A DNA stretch of 64,000 bases from an uncultured Collinsella sp. (GCA_902494085.1 CABURU010000001.1:78475-142474); one strand, 5' to 3'. Counted from the stretch's first letter, positions 32,200 to 44,101 are shown. The notes: generated by a model from the letters alone, not told the origin. A program made the numbers and translations.

Positions 32200-32414
32200 T
32201 CTTGATCTGTAACAGCTAGGGATGGAAATTGGGTCTAGGTGTTACAGATCAAGATAGGAAGAAATGGTCCTATGGAAAATCTCGATCTGTAACAGCTGAC
32301 CGCCAAAACCGGCCCTTCGTGTTACAGATTGAGACATTCGGAACCGTCTCTCGAAAACATCTCAATCTGTAACAGTTAATCGTCGAAATTGGGTCTTCCT
32401 GTTACAGATTGAGA
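32200..32414. repeat. 80-bp-period palindromic array (family A), 3 units
   Basis: Units at 32200, 32280 and 32360, each with a 25-bp core. Confidence 0.95.
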
Positions 32415-32599
32415 TGTTTGAAGCGGTGAGCTTGCAGGCCGAACTTGGGGCCCTTGTTGTCGCCCTTGAGGTCAGCGGTGTCCACTCGTAGGGCGTGCGT
32501 TACGCGATTGTTTCGAAACGGGCGGGAAACACAACGGGCCGGCGATGCTCCTACTATGCCTATTCAACTGACTGTCTAAATATCTAGGGGAGGATCGCG

Positions 32600-35500
32600 A
32601 TGCAGGCAGATTCCGCTCAGCAGCAGGGCCTTTATCGCCCCGAATTCGACCACGATGCATGTGGCATCGGCGCGCTTGCCGATATCAACGGTGAGCGCCA
32701 TCACCAGATCCTGGACGACGCACTGTCCATTCTGGTCAACTTGGAGCACCGCGGCGGCACGGGACTCGAGAAGAACACCGGCGACGGCGCTGGCATCCTG
32801 TTCCAGGTTCCGCATCACTTTTTCCGTAAAGAGGCTCAAAAGTGCGGCCAGATTCTGCCGACAGAGGGCGACTATGGCGTGGCCATGCTGTTCTTCCCGC
32901 AGGACGACAAGGGCGTAGAGGATGCCCGCCGCGTGTTTGAGGAGGGCTGCGCCGAAGCCGGCGTGCCGCTGCTCTTTTGGCGCGAGGTGCCCGTTGACCC
33001 GCATGACCTGGGTGAGACGGCCCGCGCCTGCATGCCTACCATCCTGCAGGCCTTCCTGGGCCGTCCGGACGACACGCCCGCCGGTGACGCCTTTGAGCGT
33101 CGCCTGTACGTGTGCCGCCGCACCATCGAGAAGAAGGCCGACGCCGAGTTCGCCTTGCGCGACAAGATCTTCTACGTGTGCTCCATGAGCTCGCGCACCA
33201 TCGTGTACAAGGGCATGCTGGTCGCCACGCAGATGCGCCGCTTCTTCATCGACCTCAACGACGCCGCCGTTAAGACGGCCGTGGCGCTCGTCCACTCGCG
33301 CTACTCCACCAACACCACGCCCAGCTGGGAGCGCGCGCACCCCAACCGCTTTATCATCCACAACGGCGAGATCAACACCCTCAAGGGCAACGTCAACTGG
33401 ATTCGCGCCCGCGAACCCAACCTGTACAGCCCCGTGCTGCAGCACGATCTTGAGCGCGTGATGCCCATCATCAACCGCGAGGGTTCCGACTCCGCGATTC
33501 TGGACAATGTGCTTGAGTTTTTGGTCATGAACGGTCGTCCGCTTACGCGTGCCGCGTCCATGTTGCTGCCCGAGCCGTGGGACCACAACGACAGCCTGAG
33601 TGAGGAGCGCCGCGCCTACGACGCTTACCAGTCCATGCTCATGGAGCCGTGGGATGGCCCGGCGGCCATCGCCTTTACCGACGGTCGCACGCTGGGTGCC
33701 GCCCTCGACCGTAACGGCCTGCGTCCCGCCCGCTACTATGTGACGCGCGACGGTCGCTTTATGCTGGCAAGCGAGGTGGGCACCATCGAGGTGAGCCCCG
33801 AGAACATCCTGACGAGCGGCTGTCTGGGGCCGGGCCAGATGCTCGAGGTCGACTTTGCCCGCGGTCGCGTCATCTACAACGACGAGCTGCGCGCCCGTTA
33901 CGCCAAGGAAAAGCCCTACCGTGATTGGATTGCCGAGGAGACGCTGACGGTCGATGCGCTCGATAGGCCTGCCGCGGCGACGCCCGCCGAGGACGCCGAG
34001 GTGCCCGCCGCCGTGCGCATGGCTAAGCTCGGGTATCACTGGGATGATGTTGACGAGGTCGTGCGTCCCATGGCCCAGCAGGGCAAGGCGCCGCTCGCCT
34101 CGATGGGCATCGACGCGCCGCTGGCCTGCCTGTCCAAGAAGACGCGCTCCTTCTACGACTATTTCTATCAACTGTTCGCTCAGGTCACGAACCCGCCCAT
34201 TGACGCCCTTCGCGAGCATATGGTCACCTCGACCACGCTCTACCTGGGCAACCACGGCAACCTGCTCGAGGACTCCCGTACGGCCTGCCAGCTGGTTCGC
34301 TTGGAGCGCCCGCTGCTCAACGAGGAGGAGTTCGAGCGTATCTGCGCTATCGACCGCGTGGGCTTTAAGACCTGCCGTTTCCGTGCCGTGTACCGCCGCG
34401 ATGCCGGCGAGGGTGCACTGCAGGCTGCGCTCAAGCAGCTTGCAGAAGATGTTGAGGCTGCGGTCCGCGACGGCGTGAACATCGTGGTGTTGAGCGATCG
34501 TGCCGCTGCGGGCGAGGTGCCCGTGCCGTCGCTGCTCGCCGTGGGCTGCGTGCACAACCACCTGATCCGCGCCGGCGTGCGTACCTTTGCCGACATCGTG
34601 GTGGAGTGCGGTGACGCCGTGTCCCCGCATAACTTTGCGGCACTGGTGGGCTACTCCGCGAGCGGCATCTATCCGTACAACGCGCATGCGTGCATCCGCG
34701 ATCTGGCGGCGCGCGGCGACCTGGACGTGACGGCCGAGCAGGGCATCGCCAACTACAACAAGGCTGCGACTGCCGGCATCGTCTCTATCATGTCCAAGAT
34801 GGGCATCTCCACGGTGCAGAGCTACCATTCGGCGCAGATCTTCGAGGCCGTGGGCTTTACGCCGGAGTTCGTCAACGCGTACTTTGCCGGCACGGTGAGC
34901 CGTGTGGGCGGTATGGGTGTCGAGGACGTTGAGCGCGAGCAAAACGAGCGCTACGACGCTGCGCTCGCTATCCTTAAGAGCCCGGCTCCCGGTCAGCTGC
35001 CCACGCTGGGTCTGACCAAGTGGCGCCCGCTCGGCGGCGAGGATCACCTCATCGATCCGCAGACTGTCTACCTGCTGCAGACCGCCTGCCGTGAGGACAG
35101 CTACGACACCTTTAAGGAGTACAGCGCCCGCCTGCACCGCACCGGCCGTGCCGTGCGCCTGCGCGACTTGCTCGACTTTGATGCCAGCGGCCGCACTCCG
35201 GTGGCGCTCGACGAGGTCGAGCCCGCGCTCAGCATCGTCCGCCGCTTTAACACTGGAGCCATGTCGTATGGCTCCATCAGCAAAGAGGCACACGAGTGCA
35301 TGGCCATCGCTATGAACCGCTTGCACGGCCGTTCCAACTCCGGCGAGGGCGGCGAGGATCCGCGTCGCGAGACCCCGCTGGCTAACGGCGACTCCAAGAA
35401 CTCCACCATCAAGCAGGTGGCAAGCGCACGCTTTGGCGTGACGAGCCGCTATCTGTGCAGCGCCTTCGAGATTCAGATCAAGATGGCCCAGGGCGCCAAG

Positions 35501-37297
35501 CCCGGCGAGGGCGGACACCTCCCCGGCAAGAAGGTCTACCCCTGGATCGCCGAGGTCCGTCAGTCCACGCCCGGCATCGGCCTGATCTCGCCTCCGCCGC
35601 ACCACGACATCTACTCCATCGAGGACCTGGCAGAGCTGATCTTTGACCTTAAGAACGCCAACCCCGGCGCGCGCGTGTCGGTCAAGCTGGTCAGCGAGGC
35701 CGGCGTCGGCACCATCGCCACCGGTGTGGCCAAGGGCGCTGCCGACAAGATCTTGATCAGCGGTCACAACGGCGGCTCGGGTGCCGCTGCGCGCGACTCT
35801 ATCTGGCATGCGGGCCTGCCGCTGGAGCTCGGCCTTGCCGAGGCCCAGCAGACGCTGCTGCAAAACGGCCTGCGCTCGCGCGTGGTGCTCGAGGCCGACG
35901 GTAAGCTCATGGACGGTACCGATGTCGCCGTCGCCTGCCTGCTGGGCGCCGAGGAGTTTGGCTTTGCGACCATGCCGCTCATCTCCATGGGCTGCCTCAT
36001 GCAGCGCGACTGCCAGCAGGACACCTGCCCGGCCGGCATCGCTACGCAAAACTGCCGCCTGCGTCGCGGCTTCCGCGGCAAGCCCGAGCACGTTGAGCAC
36101 TTTATGCTCTTTGTTGCCGAGCAGCTGCGCGAGGTCATGGCGAGCCTTGGCTTCCACACCGTCGACGAGATGGTCGGCCATCCCGAGTGCTTGCGTCAGA
36201 TCGAGGTGCCGGGCAACCGCAAGGCCAACCTGCTCGACCTGTCGCCTGTGCTGGCAAGCGCGACCTGCGAGTTCGGTGCGCATATTCCGGGCGCCGACGG
36301 CCGTCACTTCCTGCCGCAGATGGCCGCGGACAGCGAGCTCGACAAGACGCTCGACTCCACGTTGTTTGTGCCCTATACGGCCGATGCCCGTGCGCACCTG
36401 CGTCCGATTCGCTTCCGCGCCGATATCGCCAACGTCAATCGCTGCGTGGGCACCATCCTGGGCAACGCGGTGACCAAGGCGCATCCCGAGGGCCTGCCCG
36501 CCGGCTCCATCACCATCGATTGCGATGGTTCGGCCGGTCAGAGCTTTGGCGCCTTCCTGCCGCGCGGCATTACGCTCAACGTGTGCGGCGACGCCAACGA
36601 CTACTTTGGCAAGGGCCTTTCGGGCGGTGAGGTGTCGGTGCGCCCCAACCCGCATGCGACCTACAAGTTCGACGAGAACATCATCGTGGGCAACGTTGCG
36701 TTCTTTGGTGCCACGAGCGGTCGCGGCTTCATTAACGGTCTTGCCGGCCAGCGTTTTGCCGTGCGCAACTCCGGTGCCACCGTGGTGGTCGAGGGCTGCG
36801 GCAACCATGGCTGCGAGTACATGACGGGCGGTCTGGCGCTCATCCTGGGCGAGGTCGGGCAGAATTTTGCCGCCGGCATGACGGGCGGCGTGGCCTACGT
36901 CTTTGACCAGTACGGTACACTCGGTGCCCGCGTGAATCACGAGAGCGTTGAGCTCAAGGCCCCGGCGGCCGGCGAGCTGGCGCAGATTCGCGAGCTCATC
37001 CAGGAGCACGTGGACGCGACGCAGAGCCCGCGCGGCATCAAGCTGCTGTACAGCTTCGACTCGATGAGCAAGCACTTTGTGAAGGTCATTCCGACCGAGT
37101 ACGAGCGCGTGCTGGCGATTGTCGCTGCGGCCGAGGCCGTGGGCAAGACGCATGCGCAGGCCGAGGAGTTGGCGTTTGACATCGTGACCGGCCGCGCGAG
37201 CGCCGAGGATGTTGCTCGCTTTGATGTCGCGGGCGGTGCTGCGGGCGCTGCGTCCGTGGCCGCCAGCTCTGTTGCTTCGACAAAGAAGGAGGCGTAA
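32600..37297 (+). CDS. gltB: Glutamate synthase large subunit
   Basis: HDACGIG N-terminal Cys, HNGEINT, QGAKPGEGG, the 3Fe-4S Cys motif and GCEYMTGG. Confidence 0.97.
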   Translation: MQADSAQQQGLYRPEFDHDACGIGALADINGERHHQILDDALSILVNLEHRGGTGLEKNTGDGAGILFQVPHHFFRKEAQKCGQILPTEGDYGVAMLFFPQDDKGVEDARRVFEEGCAEAGVPLLFWREVPVDPHDLGETARACMPTILQAFLGRPDDTPAGDAFERRLYVCRRTIEKKADAEFALRDKIFYVCSMSSRTIVYKGMLVATQMRRFFIDLNDAAVKTAVALVHSRYSTNTTPSWERAHPNRFIIHNGEINTLKGNVNWIRAREPNLYSPVLQHDLERVMPIINREGSDSAILDNVLEFLVMNGRPLTRAASMLLPEPWDHNDSLSEERRAYDAYQSMLMEPWDGPAAIAFTDGRTLGAALDRNGLRPARYYVTRDGRFMLASEVGTIEVSPENILTSGCLGPGQMLEVDFARGRVIYNDELRARYAKEKPYRDWIAEETLTVDALDRPAAATPAEDAEVPAAVRMAKLGYHWDDVDEVVRPMAQQGKAPLASMGIDAPLACLSKKTRSFYDYFYQLFAQVTNPPIDALREHMVTSTTLYLGNHGNLLEDSRTACQLVRLERPLLNEEEFERICAIDRVGFKTCRFRAVYRRDAGEGALQAALKQLAEDVEAAVRDGVNIVVLSDRAAAGEVPVPSLLAVGCVHNHLIRAGVRTFADIVVECGDAVSPHNFAALVGYSASGIYPYNAHACIRDLAARGDLDVTAEQGIANYNKAATAGIVSIMSKMGISTVQSYHSAQIFEAVGFTPEFVNAYFAGTVSRVGGMGVEDVEREQNERYDAALAILKSPAPGQLPTLGLTKWRPLGGEDHLIDPQTVYLLQTACREDSYDTFKEYSARLHRTGRAVRLRDLLDFDASGRTPVALDEVEPALSIVRRFNTGAMSYGSISKEAHECMAIAMNRLHGRSNSGEGGEDPRRETPLANGDSKNSTIKQVASARFGVTSRYLCSAFEIQIKMAQGAKPGEGGHLPGKKVYPWIAEVRQSTPGIGLISPPPHHDIYSIEDLAELIFDLKNANPGARVSVKLVSEAGVGTIATGVAKGAADKILISGHNGGSGAAARDSIWHAGLPLELGLAEAQQTLLQNGLRSRVVLEADGKLMDGTDVAVACLLGAEEFGFATMPLISMGCLMQRDCQQDTCPAGIATQNCRLRRGFRGKPEHVEHFMLFVAEQLREVMASLGFHTVDEMVGHPECLRQIEVPGNRKANLLDLSPVLASATCEFGAHIPGADGRHFLPQMAADSELDKTLDSTLFVPYTADARAHLRPIRFRADIANVNRCVGTILGNAVTKAHPEGLPAGSITIDCDGSAGQSFGAFLPRGITLNVCGDANDYFGKGLSGGEVSVRPNPHATYKFDENIIVGNVAFFGATSGRGFINGLAGQRFAVRNSGATVVVEGCGNHGCEYMTGGLALILGEVGQNFAAGMTGGVAYVFDQYGTLGARVNHESVELKAPAAGELAQIRELIQEHVDATQSPRGIKLLYSFDSMSKHFVKVIPTEYERVLAIVAAAEAVGKTHAQAEELAFDIVTGRASAEDVARFDVAGGAAGAASVAASSVASTKKEA

Positions 37298-37302
37298 GTG
37301 CC

Positions 37303-38784
<1,482 letters not shown>

Positions 38785-38827
38785 GGCGGCTGTCCACAAC
38801 TAAATCGTCAAGGGCTGCCCCCAGCGG

Positions 38828-38900
38828 CTGGCACATAAGGAGCGTCCCCAAGTGCCGGCAGCTGGGGACGTTCCTTTTTTGCCGGCAGTTTGGGACATTC
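38828..38900. repeat. Chained GGGGAC-core REP-like units (family D)
   Basis: Units at 38828-38858 and 38855-38885 share TGCCGGCA palindromes. Confidence 0.82.
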
Positions 38901-39199
38901 CTTGCGAGTTCGCAGGCGACTTTGTCATTTGTCGACGTGCAAGTGTTCATTCGTCGACGTTTGCGACTGTGCTACTCTGCTCTTTCTGTGGTGGTAGCGG
39001 GCGCTTGCCCCAAATGTGTGAACTGGCTGTCTATGTCTACCTGCGGTTTCTTTGCGGTGCGCTCATTCGGTCAAGTGTCCCGTCAAGTGTTTGGTCAGCA
39101 TCTGGTTTGCAGTCGAAGGCCTATTTTGCCCGTGCTTGCCTCGGTTGCTCGCCCTCCTCGTAAGCTCAAATTGAGGTCCATCAGTTTGAGGAGGATGCC

Positions 39200-39907
39200 A
39201 TGACTGACCAAGTTTTTGACCGAGCACAGCTGGTCGAAGCCGTCGGCAACGATATTGCCGACATGGCTCACTTTTGGATGCTGCGGAAGTTTCAATTCCT
39301 GGAGCCGGCGCGCGAGCAGTTCGAGATTATCGTCGATCCGTGGCTCAGCTATTGCGAGGAACCTTCCCAAAACGAAATCATGGCCTACAACATGGCGTTT
39401 ACCGATTGGCTGCTGTTTGAGCGCCCCTATTACCACGGCAAGACGCTGTTGGAGCTGTATGTGGACGAGCCGCCAGCGCCAATTTCTCCTGCTTCGCTCG
39501 GGCGACTTAAGCAGGTGCGCGACACGCAGTATTTCTCGCGCTTTGGCATTTTGGACAAGGACTCCGCGACTGGCATGGTCGTGCTGAAGGACACGCGCAC
39601 CGACCGTCGATTTGACGTCTACGACCCACATATCGTGCAAAAGGAACACTGGAACGATGGCGCGATTGCGTTGCGACTCGCGTGCGTCGACGATGTCTGG
39701 CTGACGGCGGGGCAGCTCTACCTGTATGACATCGCGCGCCTGAGCGACACGGCGGTCGACGGGCCGGGCGCGGTGCATCCCGAGGACCTGGAGGACGGTT
39801 TCGACACCTCGTGCATCAGCTTCTTTTTGCGCCTGGTCCGCGACATCATGGGCGCCCAGGGGCGGTACGTGAAGTCGCTCAATATTTACGAGCAGGAATG
39901 GGAGTAG
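39200..39907 (+). CDS. Hypothetical protein
   Basis: GAGGAGG RBS, 235-aa ORF; no recognised motif. Confidence 0.75.
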   Translation: MTDQVFDRAQLVEAVGNDIADMAHFWMLRKFQFLEPAREQFEIIVDPWLSYCEEPSQNEIMAYNMAFTDWLLFERPYYHGKTLLELYVDEPPAPISPASLGRLKQVRDTQYFSRFGILDKDSATGMVVLKDTRTDRRFDVYDPHIVQKEHWNDGAIALRLACVDDVWLTAGQLYLYDIARLSDTAVDGPGAVHPEDLEDGFDTSCISFFLRLVRDIMGAQGRYVKSLNIYEQEWE

Positions 39908-39948
39908 GGGATGGGCGGTTGTCGCCAGCCTTGCCTTCTGCCTTTTTG

Positions 39949-40083
39949 CCTCGATTTGTAACGTTTAGGGACAAAAAACCGGTCTACCTGTTACAGATCG
40001 AGACGAACGCTTGGGCGCCGCTGGTTTGTCTAAATCTGTAACGTTTGGGGGCCTGGAGAACGTCTAACTGTTACAAATCGAGA
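39949..40083. repeat. 80-bp-period palindromic array (family A), 2 degenerate units
   Basis: Units at 39949 and 40029 with 25-bp cores. Confidence 0.88.
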
Positions 40084-40134
40084 CGTTTGTCGGCGGCAAC
40101 AGCGGCGATGGCCCATTTGTCCGATGTGGTGGTG

Positions 40135-41178
40135 ATGGAAGTGTCTAATACCGTTCTTAAACACAAGTATGCAACGCGTAACACCTTGGCGCGGAATAGG
40201 ATGCTTGCCAGGCTCACGGAGGCGGCTGAACAAGGCGTGCTGCTCGTGACGCACGACAATGCCGAGCTCATGTGGCTGCGGCGTCATGTGGGAACCGATG
40301 ATATTGCGGAGCCCGAGCCGTATTTGTTCTGCTTTCAACATGATTGGGATGCGTTGACGCCGGCGGAGCGAGCGCTGCGTACCATCAAAGGGCTTGCAGA
40401 GTTTCATCCCGATTGGGCGTTTTGGGGTTATGACGCGGCACTTTTGTGGGGTCTGGAGGTGCCGAATGACCTGCTTGGGCCGCGATTTCTTGTTAAGACA
40501 GGTTGCTCGGTGCCGCTGAGTGCAGGATGCCGGCTGTTGCGTCCGCAGGCGACGGGTGCACTTGAACAAGTCGACGGCGTGCAGGTGACGCCGTTTTGGC
40601 GCACGGTAGAGGATTGCCTGCTGCGCGCGCCGTTTTCGTATGGCCTGGCGATTGCCGATTCTGCGTTGCGAGCAAAGGGCGTATCGCGCGATGACCTGAG
40701 CGAGTGTCTCCGCTCCGATTGCGAGGGCAGGCGAGGGTATCGCAGAGCGCAGGTGATCGCGTCGTATGCGGACGGGCTGTCCGAAAACGGCGGCGAGTCT
40801 CGTTTTCGGGCATTCTTTATTGCATACGGTTTTCCGGTGCCAGAGCTACAGGTGGAGTTCCATGATCCGCTCAATCCGAATCAGGTATTTCGAGTCGACT
40901 ATTTCTGGCGGCTCGAGGACGGGGCGTGTGTCATCGGCGAGCTCGATGGAAAGGGAAAGTATACCCTGCAGGATGGTGGTGATCGGGAGTCGGTTGACCC
41001 ATTCGTGGCAGAACGTCAGCGAGAGTCCCATTTGACAATGCTCGGGCACAAGGTGCTTCGGTTTACGTTTGATGAGCTTAAGAATCCGGGGAGGCTGGCT
41101 GAAAAGATGAGACTGGCGGGTATTCCGCGACGGGCCGTTTTGGCTGAGGAATGGAGACGCCAGTGGTATGGGCGCTGA
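40135..41178 (+). CDS. AbiEi-like N-terminal plus DUF559/Vsr-like putative endonuclease; start 40108 or 40135
   Basis: DAALLWGL, VTPFWRTVED, ADGLSENGGES, PELQVEF, FRVDYFW, GELDGKGKY, RQRESHL and VLRFTFDEL. Confidence 0.75.
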   Translation: MEVSNTVLKHKYATRNTLARNRMLARLTEAAEQGVLLVTHDNAELMWLRRHVGTDDIAEPEPYLFCFQHDWDALTPAERALRTIKGLAEFHPDWAFWGYDAALLWGLEVPNDLLGPRFLVKTGCSVPLSAGCRLLRPQATGALEQVDGVQVTPFWRTVEDCLLRAPFSYGLAIADSALRAKGVSRDDLSECLRSDCEGRRGYRRAQVIASYADGLSENGGESRFRAFFIAYGFPVPELQVEFHDPLNPNQVFRVDYFWRLEDGACVIGELDGKGKYTLQDGGDRESVDPFVAERQRESHLTMLGHKVLRFTFDELKNPGRLAEKMRLAGIPRRAVLAEEWRRQWYGR

Positions 41179-41220
41179 GGGGTGCAACTGACGCGGATGT
41201 GGTTGTTCCTGCCGAGTTTG

Positions 41221-41516
41221 TCTCAATCTGTAACAACAAGGGGCCGTTTGGCCTCGTAACTGTTACAGATCGAGACAGAAGGTTGGCTGCCGGTAAAAGA
41301 TCTCAATCTGTAACATCTAGAGGCCGAAAACCTGTCTACCTGTTACAGATTTAGACGTTTGGCGACGGGGCTGGAGAATATCTCGATCTGTAACATCTAA
41401 CGGCCAAAATTCGACCCAACTGATACAGATTGAGACAAACGTTGGACGCACGACCGAAAGATCTCGATCTGTAACATTTGGAAGGTTAAAGACGGTCTAC
41501 CTGTTACAGATTGAGA
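41221..41516. repeat. 80-bp-period palindromic array (family A), 4 units
   Basis: Units at 41221, 41301, 41381 and 41462. Confidence 0.95.
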
Positions 41517-41669
41517 CGTTTTGCTGTAACGACCGGAACATCGCTGCGCTGTCTCCGTTTGCCCTCACATCTCCCTCGTCCCTCCGTTAGCCGATATGTC
41601 CGGCTTTAGTTTGCTGCATTAGGTGATAATGGACAAATGTTCAAGTTAATCGTGAGGGAGGAGCTCGAT

Positions 41670-43046
41670 ATGGCGACTGCCGATCGTCCCACGTTGTTTA
41701 TCAATGCGACCGTTCTGGATGGTTCGGAACATATGGAGCCACAGCCCGATATGGCCGTGGCCGTTGAGCGCGGTGTCATCACCTGGATGGGACCGAGCGC
41801 CGTGGCCCAAGCTCCAGCGGGGGCCGAGGTCATCGACCTGGGCGGTGCGTATCTCATGCCGGGTCTCATCAATATGCATGTGCATCTGTGCGGTTCGGGC
41901 AAACCGGTTTCGGCGGGCGATGCGGGCGCACTCATGAAGAAGCTCGATAATCCCGTGGGGCGCGCCATCGTGCGCCATATCCTCAAGGGCGGCGCTCAGC
42001 AGCAGCTGGCAAGCGGCGTGACCACGGTGCGCGGTGCAGGCGACCCGCTGTTTGCCGACATCGCCGTGCGCGATGCTATCGATGCCGGTAAGTATCAGGG
42101 TCCGCGTCTGGTGGCACCGGGAACGGGTGTCACGGTGCCGGGTGGCCACGGTGCAGGCCTCTTTGCGCAGGTGGCCAATACTCCCGCAGAGGCAGCCCAG
42201 CAGGTGCGCGACCTGTATGCGCGCGGTGCCGACGTCATCAAGCTGTTCGTGACGGGCGGCGTGTTCGACGCGACCGAGGTGGGCGAGCCGGGCGTGCTGC
42301 GCATGCCGGTCGATGTCGCCGCTGCGGCATGCAAGGCGGCACACGAGGTTGGCCTTCCGGTCATGGCCCATGTCGAGAGCACCGAAGGTGTGAAGGCCGC
42401 GCTTCAGGCTGGCGTCGACACAATCGAGCACGGCGCTCCGATAACCTCCGAGATTCTGGAACTGTACCGCGGCGCCGCGGGAACACAGCTCGAGGGACGC
42501 GCGCCGAGCGTGACCTGCACGATCAGTCCGGCGCTGCCGTTTGTGTTGCTCGATCCGGAAAAGACCCATTCGACTGATACGCAAAAGAAGAACGGCGACA
42601 TCGTGTGCTCGGGCATTATCGAGAGTGCTCGTGCGGCGCTGGAAGCCGGTATCAAGGTGGGCCTGGGCACGGATTCGAGCTGCCCGTTCGTGACACAGTA
42701 CGACATGTGGCGCGAGGTGGCCTATCTTGCCGAGTACGTGGGCGTGAGCAATGCCTTCGCACTGCATACAGCCACGAAGGTCAATGCTGAGCTACTGGGG
42801 CTGGGCGGCGAGACCGGTACGATCGAGTGCGGCAAGGCGGCCGACATTTTGGTGACGCGCGAGAACCCGCTCGATGACCTGTGCGCTCTGCGTGAGCCGA
42901 TGCACGTGATGTGCCGCGGTGACCTGGTGCGCAAGCTGAAGGTCAAGCGCATCCCCGAGGTTGACACCGAGCTCGACGCGATTATGGCCATGCCGGCAGA
43001 AGCCCTGGCAGAGGAGCTTGCCCGCGATGGCGTGGCATGGGTGTGA
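41670..43046 (+). CDS. Metal-dependent amidohydrolase (prolidase-like)
   Basis: PGLINMHVH, SGVTTVR, MAH, IEHG, LGTD and GKAAD. Confidence 0.88.
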   Translation: MATADRPTLFINATVLDGSEHMEPQPDMAVAVERGVITWMGPSAVAQAPAGAEVIDLGGAYLMPGLINMHVHLCGSGKPVSAGDAGALMKKLDNPVGRAIVRHILKGGAQQQLASGVTTVRGAGDPLFADIAVRDAIDAGKYQGPRLVAPGTGVTVPGGHGAGLFAQVANTPAEAAQQVRDLYARGADVIKLFVTGGVFDATEVGEPGVLRMPVDVAAAACKAAHEVGLPVMAHVESTEGVKAALQAGVDTIEHGAPITSEILELYRGAAGTQLEGRAPSVTCTISPALPFVLLDPEKTHSTDTQKKNGDIVCSGIIESARAALEAGIKVGLGTDSSCPFVTQYDMWREVAYLAEYVGVSNAFALHTATKVNAELLGLGGETGTIECGKAADILVTRENPLDDLCALREPMHVMCRGDLVRKLKVKRIPEVDTELDAIMAMPAEALAEELARDGVAWV

Positions 43047-43073
43047 CAAAGGGACGGTCCCTATGCCCCATGC

Positions 43074-43109
43074 AAAAAGCCGAGGTCTCAACACGAGGCC
43101 TCGGCTTTT
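43074..43109. terminator. Bidirectional terminator between convergent genes
   Basis: AAAAAGCCGAGG...CCTCGGCTTTT. Confidence 0.8.
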
Positions 43110-43131
43110 ATTTTGTCCTATGGTGTAGCGG

Positions 43132-43605
43132 CTAGGAGCGCGTTTCCATCTTGGCGTGGCACTTGGGGCAGGTGACGCGGATCTTGCCCTTGCCCTTGGG
43201 AACAGAGAGCATCTGGCCGCAGTTGGGGCACTTGAGGTAGGCCGTGGTCTTGCGACCCTTCCACATCTTCTTGGCCGTACGCTTGGCACGCTCAAAGTCT
43301 TCCTTACTGGTGCCGGTCGCGCGCGAGGCGTTGGCAGCCGCAGTCCCGCCGCCCAAGCTGGCGACGAACTTGCCGAGGCCGGGGACGTTTGCGGTCGCCG
43401 CGACAAAGGCATCGTTCTCCTTGCGACGCGCGTCGATGTTTTTGGACAGGCCACGCAGCACGCCAAGTACGATCACGGCGATGGCGATCCAGCTGAGCCA
43501 CTGGATACGGGCCATCGAACCGATCATCGCGATGATAATGCCTGCGAAGCCCATCACGATGGTGAGCTCATCGGCTCCGTTGCGACCCTTCATAAAGTCA
43601 TTCAT
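43132..43605 (-). CDS. Membrane protein with a C-terminal Zn ribbon
   Basis: FMKGRNGADEL, two hydrophobic helices, CPNC...VPKGKGKIRVTCPKC. Confidence 0.82.
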   Translation of the reverse strand: MNDFMKGRNGADELTIVMGFAGIIIAMIGSMARIQWLSWIAIAVIVLGVLRGLSKNIDARRKENDAFVAATANVPGLGKFVASLGGGTAAANASRATGTSKEDFERAKRTAKKMWKGRKTTAYLKCPNCGQMLSVPKGKGKIRVTCPKCHAKMETRS

Positions 43606-43650
43606 GCGAATTGCCTTTCGTTCGATATGCTGCACGCCTTTATACCCCTT

Positions 43651-43717
43651 TTGGTGCATTGGGGACAGGTTAATCTGCACCAAGGTGGTGCAAACGTACC
43701 TGTTCCCCTTGCACCAA
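43651..43717. repeat. GGGGAC-core REP-like doublet (family C)
   Basis: TTGGTGCATTGGGGACAGGTTAATCTGCACCAA plus an inverted copy. Confidence 0.85.
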
Positions 43718-43990
43718 TTACTTGGCGAGCTTGTCGACGACGCGCTCTATCTCGGCGAGCTTGGCGGCTTTGAGGTCTTCGTCGCCCGATTCGATTGCCG
43801 AAGTCACGCAGCCCTCGATATGCGCCTTGAGCACGTCGGCGTTGATGCGGGCGATGAGCGCCTGCGTGGCCATGAGCTGCGTGGAGATGTCGACGCAGTA
43901 ACGGTCTTCCTCCACCATCCGCAGGATGCCGTCGATTTGCCCGCGCGCCGTCTTGAGCATGCGGGTCACCGATTTATGGTCTGCCATCAT
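43718..43990 (-). CDS. csoR: CsoR/RcnR family copper-sensing repressor
   Basis: GQIDGILRMVEEDRYCVDI...HIEGC (Cys-His-Cys ligand set); cop operon. Confidence 0.9.
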   Translation of the reverse strand: MMADHKSVTRMLKTARGQIDGILRMVEEDRYCVDISTQLMATQALIARINADVLKAHIEGCVTSAIESGDEDLKAAKLAEIERVVDKLAK

Positions 43991-44034
43991 GGCGGGTCCT
44001 CGTTTCTGGTCAATCCTTCAAATGCCTCACCCTC

Positions 44035-44101
44035 AGTTGCGGTGAAATAGTTCCTGATTGAAGGCTTAAAGCGTTTAAACCGGAACTATTTCACCGCAAC
44101 T
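44035..44101. repeat. Palindromic element (family B)
   Basis: AGTTGCGGTGAAATAGTTCC...GGAACTATTTCACCGCAACT. Confidence 0.88.

Noticed and set aside
38900..39190. T-rich intergenic stretch and ORFs 38852-39163 and 38922-39203
   Set aside because: No RBS, atypical composition and no consistent structure that I could support.
41221..41516. Family A arrays as CRISPR arrays
   Set aside because: The repeats alternate in orientation, the arms are only 15 bp, the intervening sequences share a consensus rather than being unique spacers, and no cas genes are in the window.
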